Positions 46,982-57,268 are shown, counted from the first letter of the stretch. The stretch: DNA of 64,000 bases from Myxococcota bacterium (GCA_963674735.2 CAXXQS010000002.1:832001-896000); one strand, 5' to 3'. Made by a program: numbers and translations. Notes: a model not told the origin generated them from the letters alone.

Positions 46982-47204
46982 ATGTTTTTGTTGAAAAAAG
47001 TGCATATAACTGCTTGATTTTACTAAGAAAACTATTCCCACAAGTCGGCATATTTTGCCTAGTCATGGCGATTTTCCAAGGCCAAAAACCCTGTGATTTC
47101 AAGGAGCTGAAAAACACTGGGAAAAACTTGCCGCCGGGGCTCATTCTTCCACGAAAAACGGGGCGGTTTTTGCCGCCCCGGTTGGAAATCGGAATGTTTT
47201 TTTT

Positions 47205-49235
47205 TCATTGCGCGGAGCCTTTTTTCAAGCTGGCGGCCTTGTCGCGACACAATTCAACCGCCTCGGTCACGCCCAATCGTTCGTAGCAGGCCGCCAATCC
47301 TTCAAAACCGCCCGGATCCTGGGGCGCAAGCGTGGCCACCCGCTCGTAGGCGCCGATGGCGTCCTTGATTCGTCCTTGCGCCAGCATGGCTTCACCGAAG
47401 AGGGTTTGCGCCTGCGGATCGTTGGGCAACAGCAGCATCGCCAGATCCAGCGCGATCCCGGCGGCGCGTGGGCGGTGACTTTCGGAGAGACGGCGGGCCG
47501 CTTCCATAAACAACTGCCCCATTCCCTCGGCGGTGCCCACATGCTCGGCTCCGGCGATATCCAGTTTCCGCCCGATGCGATGACCGCCCGCCAGCAGCTT
47601 GTCGGCATCGTTCGTCTCCAAATACAAGCGGGCCAGACGCAGATGCACCTCAAGCTGATTGTTGTCGCTCGCCACGACTTGTTCGAGAAAAGCGATGGCG
47701 TCTTGGGGACGATCGTGGCCCGCGTACAAAATACCCAGGTTGATCGCCGCATCCAAATGCTCGGGTGCGATATCGATGGCGCGCAGGTAACACCGCTCGG
47801 CCTGGTCGATTTGCTTCAGGTTTTCGTATGAAATCGCCAGATTGGTGAAGGCCTCGGCGTCTTGCGGATCATCGGCGACGATGGCCGAATATGCATCCCG
47901 CGACTGATCGAAATTACCGCTCAGCAAATACACCAGACCCTGGAAAAATCGCACATCCCGCAGGGGAAATCCGTCTCGTTCAGCCGCTTGAACGGTTTCC
48001 AGCGCGTCATCGAAGCGTCGCAGCCCGATCAGAATCTGCAAGCGTTGCTCCACCAGTTCGCGGCGGCCGGGCATGCTCTCCAACCCTTCGGCCAAGACGT
48101 CAAGGGCTTTCTCCGCCTCGCCGACGGTGCCGAGGTATTGCACGATGGCCAGCGTCACCTGGGCGACATCCCGCGAAGCCTGCTCGGCTTCGGCGCGGCG
48201 CAGATTGTAGGTGATGAGATCGTCCCGGCGATAGGCATCCAGCGCCAGACGCACGAGCACCAGCGGCTTGTGATGCAGGGTATGCAGCGGCACCGCGCCG
48301 AAACGTTCGGGGGAAGCCTGATAAGCCGCGTGCAGTTCCAGATAGTGCCGGGCGGCCTCGTTCAATTCGTCGGTGTTCTGCTCGCGAAACGCCACGCTGG
48401 TCAATACCGCCCAGGTATCCAGGTAATCGGGATAAAGCGTCAGTGCGTACCGGCAGGAATTGCGGGCGCGCTCCAGTTCGTTGAGCTCCAAGGAACAGGC
48501 CGCCGAGAGATAGTAATTGCCCAGCCAGCGAAACTCCCGTTTGGCATCTCCGGCGCACAGGCGATGAGACAGCTCGGCCGCGTCGAAGGCTTCGGGGTAC
48601 AGGCGTTCGGTAAAATAACTCACCGCCAGATAATGCGGCCATTTCGGTTCTTGGGGGTCGCGCGCCATCTCCCGCTTCAGCAGGTCGGTGGTGCGATGGA
48701 ATTTGGCCACCATCTTTTCGCGGGACAAATCGTAACCGTAATGCAGCAGCCGCGCCTGCACGAAGCGGTTGGCACCTTGATAGACCACCTCGTTATGCAC
48801 CGCGCCGTCGTAGCGGATACCCTTATGGTGACGGAAAAGACGCACCGAGTTATGATTGGATTCCTGGGCCCCGCCTTCGGCGACGGAAAACACGGGAATG
48901 GAAATGACATCCGCCTGCGCGTCGGTAGCGGCGGCCTTCAACAGATCGACGCCCTCGGCTTCGAGTTCTTCATCGGCATCGATAATGAAAATCCAGTCTC
49001 CCTCGGCATAGTCGATGGACTGGTTGCGATGTTTGGCGAAATCGAATTCCCAGGGATGGTGGAAGACGCGCGCGCCGAACGATTCGGCGATCTCGACGGT
49101 GCGATCGGTGGAGCCGGTATCGACCACGACGATTTCATCAGCCAGCGGCTGAACGGACTTCAAGGCCCGTGAAAGCATATCCTCTTCGTTTTTGACGATC
49201 ATGCAGGCGGAAATGCGCGGAGCGCGGCCGGACAT
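47205..49235 (-). CDS. GT2 glycosyltransferase with TPR repeats, likely flagellin glycosylation
   Basis: ISACMIVKNEE, VVDTGSTDRT, DF...RN, IDADE and HYGY motifs plus TPRs; adjacent to the flagellins. Confidence 0.9.
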   Translation of the reverse strand: MSGRAPRISACMIVKNEEDMLSRALKSVQPLADEIVVVDTGSTDRTVEIAESFGARVFHHPWEFDFAKHRNQSIDYAEGDWIFIIDADEELEAEGVDLLKAAATDAQADVISIPVFSVAEGGAQESNHNSVRLFRHHKGIRYDGAVHNEVVYQGANRFVQARLLHYGYDLSREKMVAKFHRTTDLLKREMARDPQEPKWPHYLAVSYFTERLYPEAFDAAELSHRLCAGDAKREFRWLGNYYLSAACSLELNELERARNSCRYALTLYPDYLDTWAVLTSVAFREQNTDELNEAARHYLELHAAYQASPERFGAVPLHTLHHKPLVLVRLALDAYRRDDLITYNLRRAEAEQASRDVAQVTLAIVQYLGTVGEAEKALDVLAEGLESMPGRRELVEQRLQILIGLRRFDDALETVQAAERDGFPLRDVRFFQGLVYLLSGNFDQSRDAYSAIVADDPQDAEAFTNLAISYENLKQIDQAERCYLRAIDIAPEHLDAAINLGILYAGHDRPQDAIAFLEQVVASDNNQLEVHLRLARLYLETNDADKLLAGGHRIGRKLDIAGAEHVGTAEGMGQLFMEAARRLSESHRPRAAGIALDLAMLLLPNDPQAQTLFGEAMLAQGRIKDAIGAYERVATLAPQDPGGFEGLAACYERLGVTEAVELCRDKAASLKKGSAQ

Positions 49236-49253
49236 GGCGGTTCCCTCTCGGCG

Positions 49254-49712
49254 TTACGATCCGGTGGCCGCGTTATCGGCGAACAGCGGGTAGCGTGTGG
49301 AATAATTCGAATCGTTGAGAATCAGCTGGCAGGCGGTCTGCTCGACTTTATTGATGACCAGCGGCGCCAACAGGTTGGCCGTCATCTTGCTGACGTCATT
49401 GCGCACGGTCACAATGGCCCTGAGCATCACATCCTGCGGATCTTTGAGTTGCAGCAGATCGATGGTGTCATCGTCCACTTCGAAGTTGTAAGCCGCCTCC
49501 ACCAACAGCGGATCCACCACGACAAAGGCCAGCTCGGGAAGCGTAATGCATTGCAGCCACTCGAACGGCTCCTCATCCGGCTTGCGGATAATGGCGAACC
49601 GCTGATGATTCTCGAACCCGACCATCCCCTGGGGGAAGGTGAGCAGGTCTTTCTCGTCTACTTCGATATCGCCAAAATGGCGTGTCGTGACCTTCACGAT
49701 GTGCTCCTTCAT
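49254..49712 (-). CDS. fliW: Flagellar assembly factor FliW
   Basis: T..FG.IE, FP.G..GFE, F.WLQ, LAF.V.DP and TANL.AP..IN motifs. Confidence 0.96.
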   Translation of the reverse strand: MKEHIVKVTTRHFGDIEVDEKDLLTFPQGMVGFENHQRFAIIRKPDEEPFEWLQCITLPELAFVVVDPLLVEAAYNFEVDDDTIDLLQLKDPQDVMLRAIVTVRNDVSKMTANLLAPLVINKVEQTACQLILNDSNYSTRYPLFADNAATGS

Positions 49713-49750
49713 GCCTTATCGGGCCCGTTCGGGCCATCCGATCGTCACGG

Positions 49751-50062
49751 TCAATTCTTTTTCCTGACAACCGGTCCGTCGCTTGCGCCATCCACCTCGG
49801 GTTCACCCTGGGCGGCTTTCTTCATCGCCTGACCGCGCGCCTTAAACAGCCGCACGGCTTCGCTCAACCCGCTGTCGCCCGCTTTTCCAGCCAGGATATT
49901 CTCCTCGCGAATCCGGTCATAGATCTCTTCCCGATGCACTTTGACATTGCGCGGTGCCTCGATGCCGATCTTGACGAAATGGCGGCCTAGCTCGATGATC
50001 TTGACGCTGATTTCGTCACCGATCTTTATGGTTTCCCCGAGCTTTCGCGTCAGGATGAGCAT
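49751..50062 (-). CDS. csrA: Translational regulator CsrA
   Basis: MLILTRK.GE.I.IG...VKIGIEAP..V.VHREEIY with a C-terminal extension. Confidence 0.97.
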   Translation of the reverse strand: MLILTRKLGETIKIGDEISVKIIELGRHFVKIGIEAPRNVKVHREEIYDRIREENILAGKAGDSGLSEAVRLFKARGQAMKKAAQGEPEVDGASDGPVVRKKN

Positions 50063-50180
50063 GCCTCACGTTCCTTTCTAGCTCCCGGCGCCTCCGCCGG
50101 AGGTGTAACGGCCGTTACGGCCATGTCGACCCGTGCTCACACGAACCGCGAACGGCACTCGGCCGTCGACGTCAACCGCG

Positions 50181-51026
50181 TCAATAGCGGTCGCCTTTTG
50201 TTTTCAAGCGTCGCAAAGCTTCGCGTTGTTTCTGAATGCTGAATCCGATCACGCGTTCACGGTCGGACTCGCGGATATTCGTGAATTTGCAAGCGATTCC
50301 ATAGCGAGGTTCGTTGAGCTCCGGATCTATCTCTTTATCCACACGCACCACCTCGGCGACGGCATGCAGTTGCACGGGACGCCGCAGAGGCAGACGAATA
50401 CGCAAGCTAAGCTTGGCGCCGAGATCGTAGGCGGCATCGTCGAAAAACAACAGACCCGAGCCACTGATGGAAACCTTGCGCCGCGCCATACTGCCGCTAC
50501 GCGTGCGATCGATCAGCTGCTTGGTCAAAATCGACACCGCCTCCAGCTTGCGATCCAAAGCCTGGACCGCCTGAATCAGATAGAGCACCGCCTCGCTCGC
50601 TTCTTCCGAACGGGCCAGCGACTTCATCTGCAAATGCGTCATCTCGGGCAAAGGCTCCCCGAAATCCGGGTCGACCATTTCCTCCAGACCCACCTCGGCC
50701 ATGCCGTCTTCCAGCACCTCGTGCGACATTTCCAACCAGGCGAAAACACGCACAAACTCACGCATTTCTTCTTCGCCGAGCTGCTTGATCTGTAAAACGC
50801 CCGAGGGCAGGACTTGTTCGACGGCGGCGGTCATCAGGGTCTCGTTGCTGGTGAGATCGCGTAAATCGACAATCACACGTTCGCCTTGACGCCCTTTAAG
50901 CATGCTGGAATCACCACTGGCCAGCTTGACCTGCAGCGGGGAAACCGAGACGACCTGCGACGCCAACTCGATACGGTTATGACCGGAGCTGTAGCATACT
51001 TTGATTTCGTTTCCCTTTTCGAGCAT
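50181..51026 (-). CDS. PilZ-domain protein (possible c-di-GMP flagellar effector)
   Basis: REFVR (RxxxR), SISGSG, and VVR...A..F..I...DRE.VI.F....QRE.LR patterns. Confidence 0.8.
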   Translation of the reverse strand: MLEKGNEIKVCYSSGHNRIELASQVVSVSPLQVKLASGDSSMLKGRQGERVIVDLRDLTSNETLMTAAVEQVLPSGVLQIKQLGEEEMREFVRVFAWLEMSHEVLEDGMAEVGLEEMVDPDFGEPLPEMTHLQMKSLARSEEASEAVLYLIQAVQALDRKLEAVSILTKQLIDRTRSGSMARRKVSISGSGLLFFDDAAYDLGAKLSLRIRLPLRRPVQLHAVAEVVRVDKEIDPELNEPRYGIACKFTNIRESDRERVIGFSIQKQREALRRLKTKGDRY

Positions 51027-51122
51027 CGGCTGCGTTTCTCCTGGCTTCCCGTTGACCGACTCAAGCGCCAAACTCAAAGACCGCCATCATTTGACGGTAA
51101 GTCGCGCCGCTGCTTAAGTACT

Positions 51123-51138
51123 TGCAACGGTGGTGCCA
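51123..51138 (-). promoter_or_regulatory. Sigma-54 promoter for the PilZ gene (possibly extending to csrA-fliW-GT)
   Basis: TGGCACCACCGTTGCA on the minus strand. Confidence 0.8.
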
Positions 51139-51173
51139 ATTGTAAAAGCCCAAAACAACACCCGACACACCAT

Positions 51174-51205
51174 AAAAAAAAACAGGCCGGAATTTTCCGG
51201 CCTGT
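51174..51205 (-). terminator. Intrinsic terminator after flgL
   Basis: ACAGGCCGGAA-tt-TTCCGGCCTGT stem with an A tract on the left. Confidence 0.85.
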
Positions 51206-51238
51206 CGGTCGTAGTGTTCTGTTATTACTAGCGAATCA

Positions 51239-52129
51239 TCACCTCAGGTAATCCAGCAGGCTTCTGGACAGCAAGTCCGAATTAACCTGCAGCGACGCAT
51301 TGAGGGCGTATTCCTGGGCCTGATACTCGGTGATCGCCGTCACATAGTCGGCATCTTCAAAATTTTGACGCTTTTCCACCAGACTGAGCTTGAGGTTTTC
51401 AAGCGTGTATTCCGCCGACTGCAAGGTGCTCAGTCCAACCCCGACACGCATCTGCTCTTGAATCACCTGTTCGATGGCCTGGGCGACCCCGTCGAGGTTT
51501 TCCAACGCCGCTTCCTGGGGGTTGGTCTCCAGCATGGTGCGGATATTCGCAATCACTTCGAAGACGTTGACGCCGCCGTCGACGCCGACACCGGCAAACG
51601 CCCGTTCACCGGTGATATTGGCATCCATATTGACATTCGGCAGCATCTCGACTTGGTTTTCCAGAGAATCACCCTGATAGATGCCCAAATCGTCGAAAGC
51701 CGGTTGATCGGCGCGGCCACCGGCGAAGATATACTGGCCCGAGTCCTGCGCATTCACCACCGCCTGAAGCTGTTCTTCCGTGTGTTTCAGTTCGTTGAGC
51801 AGTTCCTCGCGCGCATCGTCCACATTGACCGGGTTGGAAAGGGCGACCATCACGGATTTCAGGTTGGTCAGCAGATCGTAGGCCTCGTTGAACTGCTCTT
51901 CATACAGACTGTAGCGGGCCGTCAGGTGGGCTTGATTGCTGGTGTACTGATCGAGGTTCGCCTCTTCGGTGGCATTGCGCATCGACCGCTGCAGGGTGAG
52001 CGGGTCGTCCGCCATGTCATTCACTTTTTTCCCCGACGACACAACCATACTGGCATCCGCCAGCCTCTTTCGGCTCTGCTGAACCTGGCGTTGCATCAGG
52101 GTGTAATATACTTTATCGGCAACTCTCAT
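51239..52129 (-). CDS. flgL: Hook-associated protein 3 FlgL
   Basis: SSGKKV...DDP, N....G.YIFAG and ED.D...A...SLLDYLR motifs. Confidence 0.95.
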   Translation of the reverse strand: MRVADKVYYTLMQRQVQQSRKRLADASMVVSSGKKVNDMADDPLTLQRSMRNATEEANLDQYTSNQAHLTARYSLYEEQFNEAYDLLTNLKSVMVALSNPVNVDDAREELLNELKHTEEQLQAVVNAQDSGQYIFAGGRADQPAFDDLGIYQGDSLENQVEMLPNVNMDANITGERAFAGVGVDGGVNVFEVIANIRTMLETNPQEAALENLDGVAQAIEQVIQEQMRVGVGLSTLQSAEYTLENLKLSLVEKRQNFEDADYVTAITEYQAQEYALNASLQVNSDLLSRSLLDYLR

Positions 52130-52144
52130 GACCGCCTCCTGCGC

Positions 52145-53542
52145 CTATTGTTTAAGCGCCAAAATCTGCTGAAGCATCTCGTCCACGGTGTTCATGATCT
52201 TGGCCGAGGCTTCGAAGGCACGCTGGAACTGAATCAGCGAAACCATCTCCTCGTCGATCGACACACCGGACACCGAGGCCTGGTAGGCTTCGGCTTGATC
52301 CGTCACCATGGTCTGGATCTCCAGGTCTTGTTCCAAATCGGACAATTCACTGGAAACTTGACCCACCATGGCCGTATAATACCCGTGAAACGATGACCCG
52401 TTTACGGTATTGGAATCATTCATCAATTCGGCAATCGCCACCGCATTGCGGTTGTCACCGTGGGCGGCTGCGGCATCCTGAGCGGCCGCGATAAGCGATG
52501 GATTATCAAGGATTTCCTGGTTCACGGCCAGGCTTCCCGCCGCCCCGGCCACATCGGCCGGCATCACGAAAAAGTCACGGTCGGTGCTGCCGTCGAGCGC
52601 AAATCCGCCGCGATGCAGCAGGTTGACCTGCTCCGCCAGACTATAGGCCAGTTGGTCGAGCTGATCCTTGACTTCCTCGAGTTTGATATCACGCTCGTAG
52701 AGAACGCCCGACAGGCGACCACTGGCGTTTTCCGATGACAGCCGTTCGGTGATATCGATCCCCGTGCCCGACAGGGTGTTCAGTTCGATGCGCGTCAGAT
52801 TTCCCGCAACTGCGGTCAACTCGGCGGCGCGCGTGCCCTGAACGGCGATATGGTTGCCGATCATCAGGTTGATGTGGCCGTCGTTATCGGTGAAAGTGGT
52901 GACATCGGCCATTTCATAAAGCTGCTTGACCACCTGGTCGCGCCGGTCGCGCAATTCGGCATTGTCGGTGGCGCCGGTGGGATCGGCCATCACCGCGACT
53001 TTTTGATTGAGATCCGCCAGTTCGCCCATCAGCGTGTTGATCCGCTCGACCTCGGCTTCGATATCCTGGTTGAGATTACGCTGGATATTGACGACGCCGT
53101 TGTAGGCCTGATTGATTTTATCAGCCAAGGCTTCGCCCTGGGCAGCGACCATCTGGCGTTCGGCATTGCCGGATACGTTATTGGATAATTCCTTGAAAGA
53201 ATTGAAGAAATTCGTCAACGCGCTATTCACGCCCAAGTTATCGACCTCGGGCAGAACCGTTTCGAGCTGCTGCGCCACGAATTGGCGTCCAACCAGAAAT
53301 TCCTTGGTTCCCGCTTGCAGGTTGACCTGTTGAGTCAGGAAACCATCGTGCACGCGCCGCACCTGGGCCATACTGACACCCAGGCCGTAACCGGCCGCGA
53401 CGGCCGGACTGAGCGTGACTTGCTGACGCGAATAACCCGGCGTGTTGACGTTGGAGACGTTATTGCCGGTAATCTGGATCGCCTTCTGGTTGACCAGGAT
53501 GCCGGAACGCGCGGTATATAGGATGTCGTTTATGCCCGCCAT
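52145..53542 (-). CDS. flgK: Hook-associated protein 1 FlgK
   Basis: NN.SNVNTPGYSRQ, LRD.RD and SGVSIDEEM..L..FQ.A..ASA motifs. Confidence 0.97.
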   Translation of the reverse strand: MAGINDILYTARSGILVNQKAIQITGNNVSNVNTPGYSRQQVTLSPAVAAGYGLGVSMAQVRRVHDGFLTQQVNLQAGTKEFLVGRQFVAQQLETVLPEVDNLGVNSALTNFFNSFKELSNNVSGNAERQMVAAQGEALADKINQAYNGVVNIQRNLNQDIEAEVERINTLMGELADLNQKVAVMADPTGATDNAELRDRRDQVVKQLYEMADVTTFTDNDGHINLMIGNHIAVQGTRAAELTAVAGNLTRIELNTLSGTGIDITERLSSENASGRLSGVLYERDIKLEEVKDQLDQLAYSLAEQVNLLHRGGFALDGSTDRDFFVMPADVAGAAGSLAVNQEILDNPSLIAAAQDAAAAHGDNRNAVAIAELMNDSNTVNGSSFHGYYTAMVGQVSSELSDLEQDLEIQTMVTDQAEAYQASVSGVSIDEEMVSLIQFQRAFEASAKIMNTVDEMLQQILALKQ

Positions 53543-53549
53543 AACGCCC

Positions 53550-54059
53550 TCAAGCCCGGTTATTCAGTGACGACAACTGGGCGATCTCTTGATTGATCAC
53601 TCCGGCTGCCGAATAGGTTTCCGCCGAGAAGAAACGACGCTTTAAAAAAGCCACCGAGCCCTTGACCGATTTGATCGAGAACTCAATCAGGTGACGATTG
53701 ATCACGGCCAACTGGCCGATCGCATCCACCACGGCCGTCAAACTGCTGTGAAGGTCGACAAAGGACTTGCCCAGTTCGCCTCCCAGCGCGGCCGCGATCT
53801 GCTTGAGCGTGGCGTTTTCATCCAGCTCTAAAACTTTGATCAACTCCCTTGAAAGCGTGGCGCGGCTGCTCTCCAGATAGTTCTGCTGCAAAACCAGCAG
53901 TTCCTTGCGCTTATTCAGTTCCAACAGCTGGTTGGGCTGAAAGCGCACGAGTAGCTCGCGCTCCTCCTGCATGATTTCCAACAGGTTATCGAATAAGGCG
54001 ATTTCCTGTTCGAGGACCACTTTGAGTTCAAATCCGAGTTTTGTTGCGTTTGCTTTCAT
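53550..54059 (-). CDS. flgN: Flagellar export chaperone FlgN
   Basis: Helical protein with L..E...E...L, N..LI and TY..G; lies between flgM and flgK. Confidence 0.85.
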   Translation of the reverse strand: MKANATKLGFELKVVLEQEIALFDNLLEIMQEERELLVRFQPNQLLELNKRKELLVLQQNYLESSRATLSRELIKVLELDENATLKQIAAALGGELGKSFVDLHSSLTAVVDAIGQLAVINRHLIEFSIKSVKGSVAFLKRRFFSAETYSAAGVINQEIAQLSSLNNRA

Positions 54060-54093
54060 TATTCACCGCCATGGCGTATACGCCGCACGGTGA

Positions 54094-54420
54094 TTACTCT
54101 TTGGAAAGGGCTGAGATGAAGGCGTCCTCGTCGATCATTTTGGACGCGACATCTTTTGCCGATGGCGAGTATTCACCTTTAGCGATCGCCTCTCTGAGGG
54201 CGGTAACCTTGTTCCGGTCGATTTCCGGAGTATCCGTGACAACATCGATGACTTTCGAGACTGCCGCGAGACGTACTGCTTCATTGGAAACGTCTACACG
54301 GTCGGCACGTGCCAAAGTCGAACTCTCAGCTCCGTCAGCCTTCTTATTGCTGCGTTCGGTACTGATCGCTTGGCGTTGCTGAACTTGACTGATCTTTTGT
54401 GACTTATCCGAGATTTCCAT
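54094..54420 (-). CDS. flgM: Anti-sigma-28 factor FlgM
   Basis: D.V..S...P.I...KV..LREAI..G.Y......A..M motif. Confidence 0.93.
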   Translation of the reverse strand: MEISDKSQKISQVQQRQAISTERSNKKADGAESSTLARADRVDVSNEAVRLAAVSKVIDVVTDTPEIDRNKVTALREAIAKGEYSPSAKDVASKMIDEDAFISALSKE

Positions 54421-54467
54421 CGCCGACCTCGCAGGTGTTGTGTTACTCAACTCCTCTCACCTGAAGG

Positions 54468-54494
54468 AGATCGGATTAAAACCCTAGGACTTTA
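54468..54494 (-). promoter_or_regulatory. Sigma-28 promoter for flgM-flgN-flgK-flgL
   Basis: TAAA-N15-TCCGATCT on the minus strand. Confidence 0.75.
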
Positions 54495-54554
54495 CAGATT
54501 TTTCCATTTTTTTGACGGTCAATCGGCCAAGAGGCAAATAGGAGCGCCAAAAAA

Positions 54555-55388
54555 TCAACGGTCTACTGGAAAAGTCACCAAAGTTGCCGGATTTACTGGT
54601 TTTCCGCCCAATCTAATTTCAAAGTGCAAGTGAGGCCCCGTGGACCTCCCGGTATTGCCGGAATGGGCGATCGAGCGACCACGCCGCACCGAATCTCCCA
54701 CTTCAACATTGATCTCACTTAAATGGCCGTAGACGCTACGCATGTCTTTTCCATGGTCGATGATGACCACGTTTCCGTAACCGCTCTTTTTCCCGGCGAA
54801 GACCACTTCGCCGTCGGCCATGGCATGTACCCGCGTTCCGACCGGAACGGCGAGGTCGATTCCGTTATGCATGCGCAGTTGATCGTTGAACGGATCCTCC
54901 CGCATGCCGAACGGCGAAGAAATACGCCCCACCAGGGGAGCCGTGAAGGTCGGCCGATCGGGATCGGCTTCGCCGGGCGTGAGCTGCGGCAGCAGGCCGC
55001 TGGGCGACACCGGTGAAACCCGGCCGTCGTCCGGCGACAGCCCGAATTGATCCATAATCATTTCGGCCAACCCGAAGTTCTGTGTCTCCGCCATCAATTT
55101 GGAATATTCGCTATCCAACATGGAGCGATAGATCCCGCGCGACGGGCTTTCGGGATCACCGAACAGATCGCTCTCCTGCACGGTCTTGCGCATGGTTTCG
55201 ATCATCTTGGAAAGGAACATGGCCTCGAATTGCTCAGCCTGCTTGCGAATGCCCTGGGCCTGTTCCGACGACAGGGCTTCTCCACGCTCCACGGTCCGAG
55301 CCATACGCTGCAGACGGTCGATCAGACCGCTATCCTTGGCGTTTTCGCCTTGTTTCTGCAGAATATTTGGATCGAACGCGCTAATCAT
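54555..55388 (-). CDS. flgJ: FlgJ rod-binding domain fused to an M23 peptidase
   Basis: A.QFEAMF...M...MRKT and GLA..I..Q (rod binding); HNGID, YGHL and STGPHLHFE (M23). Confidence 0.88.
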   Translation of the reverse strand: MISAFDPNILQKQGENAKDSGLIDRLQRMARTVERGEALSSEQAQGIRKQAEQFEAMFLSKMIETMRKTVQESDLFGDPESPSRGIYRSMLDSEYSKLMAETQNFGLAEMIMDQFGLSPDDGRVSPVSPSGLLPQLTPGEADPDRPTFTAPLVGRISSPFGMREDPFNDQLRMHNGIDLAVPVGTRVHAMADGEVVFAGKKSGYGNVVIIDHGKDMRSVYGHLSEINVEVGDSVRRGRSIAHSGNTGRSTGPHLHFEIRLGGKPVNPATLVTFPVDR

Positions 55389-55397
55389 TTTCTTCCC

Positions 55398-56540
55398 TTA
55401 AAGTATTTCGATCTCGGCTTCCAACGCACCCGCCGCCTTGATCGCCTGCAAAATGTCGATCAGGTCGCGCGGAGAGACGCCGATGGCATTCAACGCCATC
55501 ACCACTTCACCCAGCGTCACCCCTTCGCGCACCACCGCCAGCTGACGTTTTTCCTCGACCGCCTGAACGGACGATTCGGGGGTGGTGGTCGTTTTGCCCT
55601 GCGAGAAAGGCGCCGGTTGCGAAACATTGAAGCTGTTGGAAATCTGTACCTTCAAGCTGCCGTGGGCGATCGCGATCGTGGAAATCCGCACGTCGGCACC
55701 CATAATAACGGTTCCCGTCCGCTCGTTCATCACCACCCGGGCCCGCCGATCGGTCGTGACGTTCAGGTTTTCCACCTGCGCCATGAAATCGACCACCCGC
55801 CCGTCGAATTCCCGAGGAACCCGCACCACCACCGCCCCGGCGTCACGCGCCTTGGCGAAGGGACCGGCTAAAAAGTCGTTGACCACCTGCGCCACTCGGG
55901 TAGCGGTGGTGAAATCCTGATGCAACAGCGACAGGACGACCTTGTCTTTCGCGTTCAAATCGACGTGTATTTCGCGCTCGATGATCGCCCCACCGGGAAT
56001 ACGCGCCACGGTGGGATGATTTTTCTGGACAGATGTTCCGCTGCCACCGGCGAAGGAATAGCCGCCGAGACTCAGAGACCCCTGCGCGATGGCGAAAATC
56101 TGGCCGTCGGTGCCGCGCAACGGGGTCATGAGCAGCGTTCCGCCCTGGAGACTCTTGGCATTACCGATACTGGCCACTTGGATATCCAGCGTATTACCGG
56201 CGCTGGCAAAGGGCGGCAGGGACGCGGTCACCACCACCGCCGCCACGTTACGCGCGCGGATGTCGGCCGGATTGACCCGGATCCCCATGCGCGACAACAT
56301 GGACGTCAACGACTGCACGGTGAAGAGAACCTTCTGATCGTCACCGCTTTTATTGAGACCCACCACCAGGCCGTAACCGATCAACTGGTTGGTGCGTACG
56401 CCCTGCACGTGCGTGATATCCTTGAGCCGCGCCGCATCGAGCGGAGCCGTCTGCAGTCCGAACAGCAGGACGAGCAGAAGCGGCACAAGGCGTAAGGCTA
56501 TGCGATTACAAGAGAATCGAGTTGTATGAGTCGTACGCAT
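55398..56540 (-). CDS. flgI: Flagellar P-ring protein FlgI
   Basis: RLKD...GVR.NQL.GYGLVVGL, NVAAV.VTA.LP and ILQA.K.AGAL motifs. Confidence 0.98.
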   Translation of the reverse strand: MRTTHTTRFSCNRIALRLVPLLLVLLFGLQTAPLDAARLKDITHVQGVRTNQLIGYGLVVGLNKSGDDQKVLFTVQSLTSMLSRMGIRVNPADIRARNVAAVVVTASLPPFASAGNTLDIQVASIGNAKSLQGGTLLMTPLRGTDGQIFAIAQGSLSLGGYSFAGGSGTSVQKNHPTVARIPGGAIIEREIHVDLNAKDKVVLSLLHQDFTTATRVAQVVNDFLAGPFAKARDAGAVVVRVPREFDGRVVDFMAQVENLNVTTDRRARVVMNERTGTVIMGADVRISTIAIAHGSLKVQISNSFNVSQPAPFSQGKTTTTPESSVQAVEEKRQLAVVREGVTLGEVVMALNAIGVSPRDLIDILQAIKAAGALEAEIEIL

Positions 56541-56550
56541 GCACCGTCTC

Positions 56551-57258
56551 CTAGAAAGGCCACACATAATCGAGGGCGCGGTTGGCCCAACCCGGCTCGG
56601 TTTTCTCCGAGACCGTGCCGCGACCGGTGAATTCGATCTGCGCCTCGGCGATCAGCCAGGACGAAATCGAGTTGTCCTTGCCGATGTCGTGGGGACGAAT
56701 CACGCCCGATACGTAGAAATGCGCCTCTTCGTTGTTGACCAGCACCACCCGGTGCCCTTCGATGAAAAGATTGCCGTTGGGCAGTTCCTTGCGAATCTGC
56801 GAGGGAACCGTCGCGATGACATTGCCCTGCCGGGTCGTCTGGCCGCCGCCGTCGAAATCGGCCGCATAGCCCGACTTGATCAGGTTGGCGCGGTCGAAGT
56901 TGGGATGGGAATCCTGAAAGGTCTTGAGCGTGCCCAGCAGGCTTTCGATCTGCGCCGAAATTTCGGAGTCCTTGACGAGTTTGGTCTGGGCCTGGTGATC
57001 GGCCGACGATTTTTCCTCGATGCGAACCACCACGATATCATTGATCTTCGAGGCGCGCGGATCGGAGAAAAGCCAGTTGTGGTTGCTGCGTTCCGACCAG
57101 ATCGACCCCTCGGTGCGGGGCTCTTCCATGGGAATTTCCTGCAACGATTGACGATAGTCGCGCGATTTCGGCTCGTAGGGCTTGATATGGTTGACACAGG
57201 CGGTCCCGAAGATCAACAACCCCAGAATCAGCACACTCAGTCTCGCAATGCGAATCAT
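56551..57258 (-). CDS. flgH: Flagellar L-ring lipoprotein FlgH
   Basis: Lipobox GTAC; LF.D.RA..I.D, LPNGNL.IEG, G..RP.DI...N and PGW...PF motifs. Confidence 0.96.
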   Translation of the reverse strand: MIRIARLSVLILGLLIFGTACVNHIKPYEPKSRDYRQSLQEIPMEEPRTEGSIWSERSNHNWLFSDPRASKINDIVVVRIEEKSSADHQAQTKLVKDSEISAQIESLLGTLKTFQDSHPNFDRANLIKSGYAADFDGGGQTTRQGNVIATVPSQIRKELPNGNLFIEGHRVVLVNNEEAHFYVSGVIRPHDIGKDNSISSWLIAEAQIEFTGRGTVSEKTEPGWANRALDYVWPF

Positions 57259-57268
57259 GGTATGCCTC

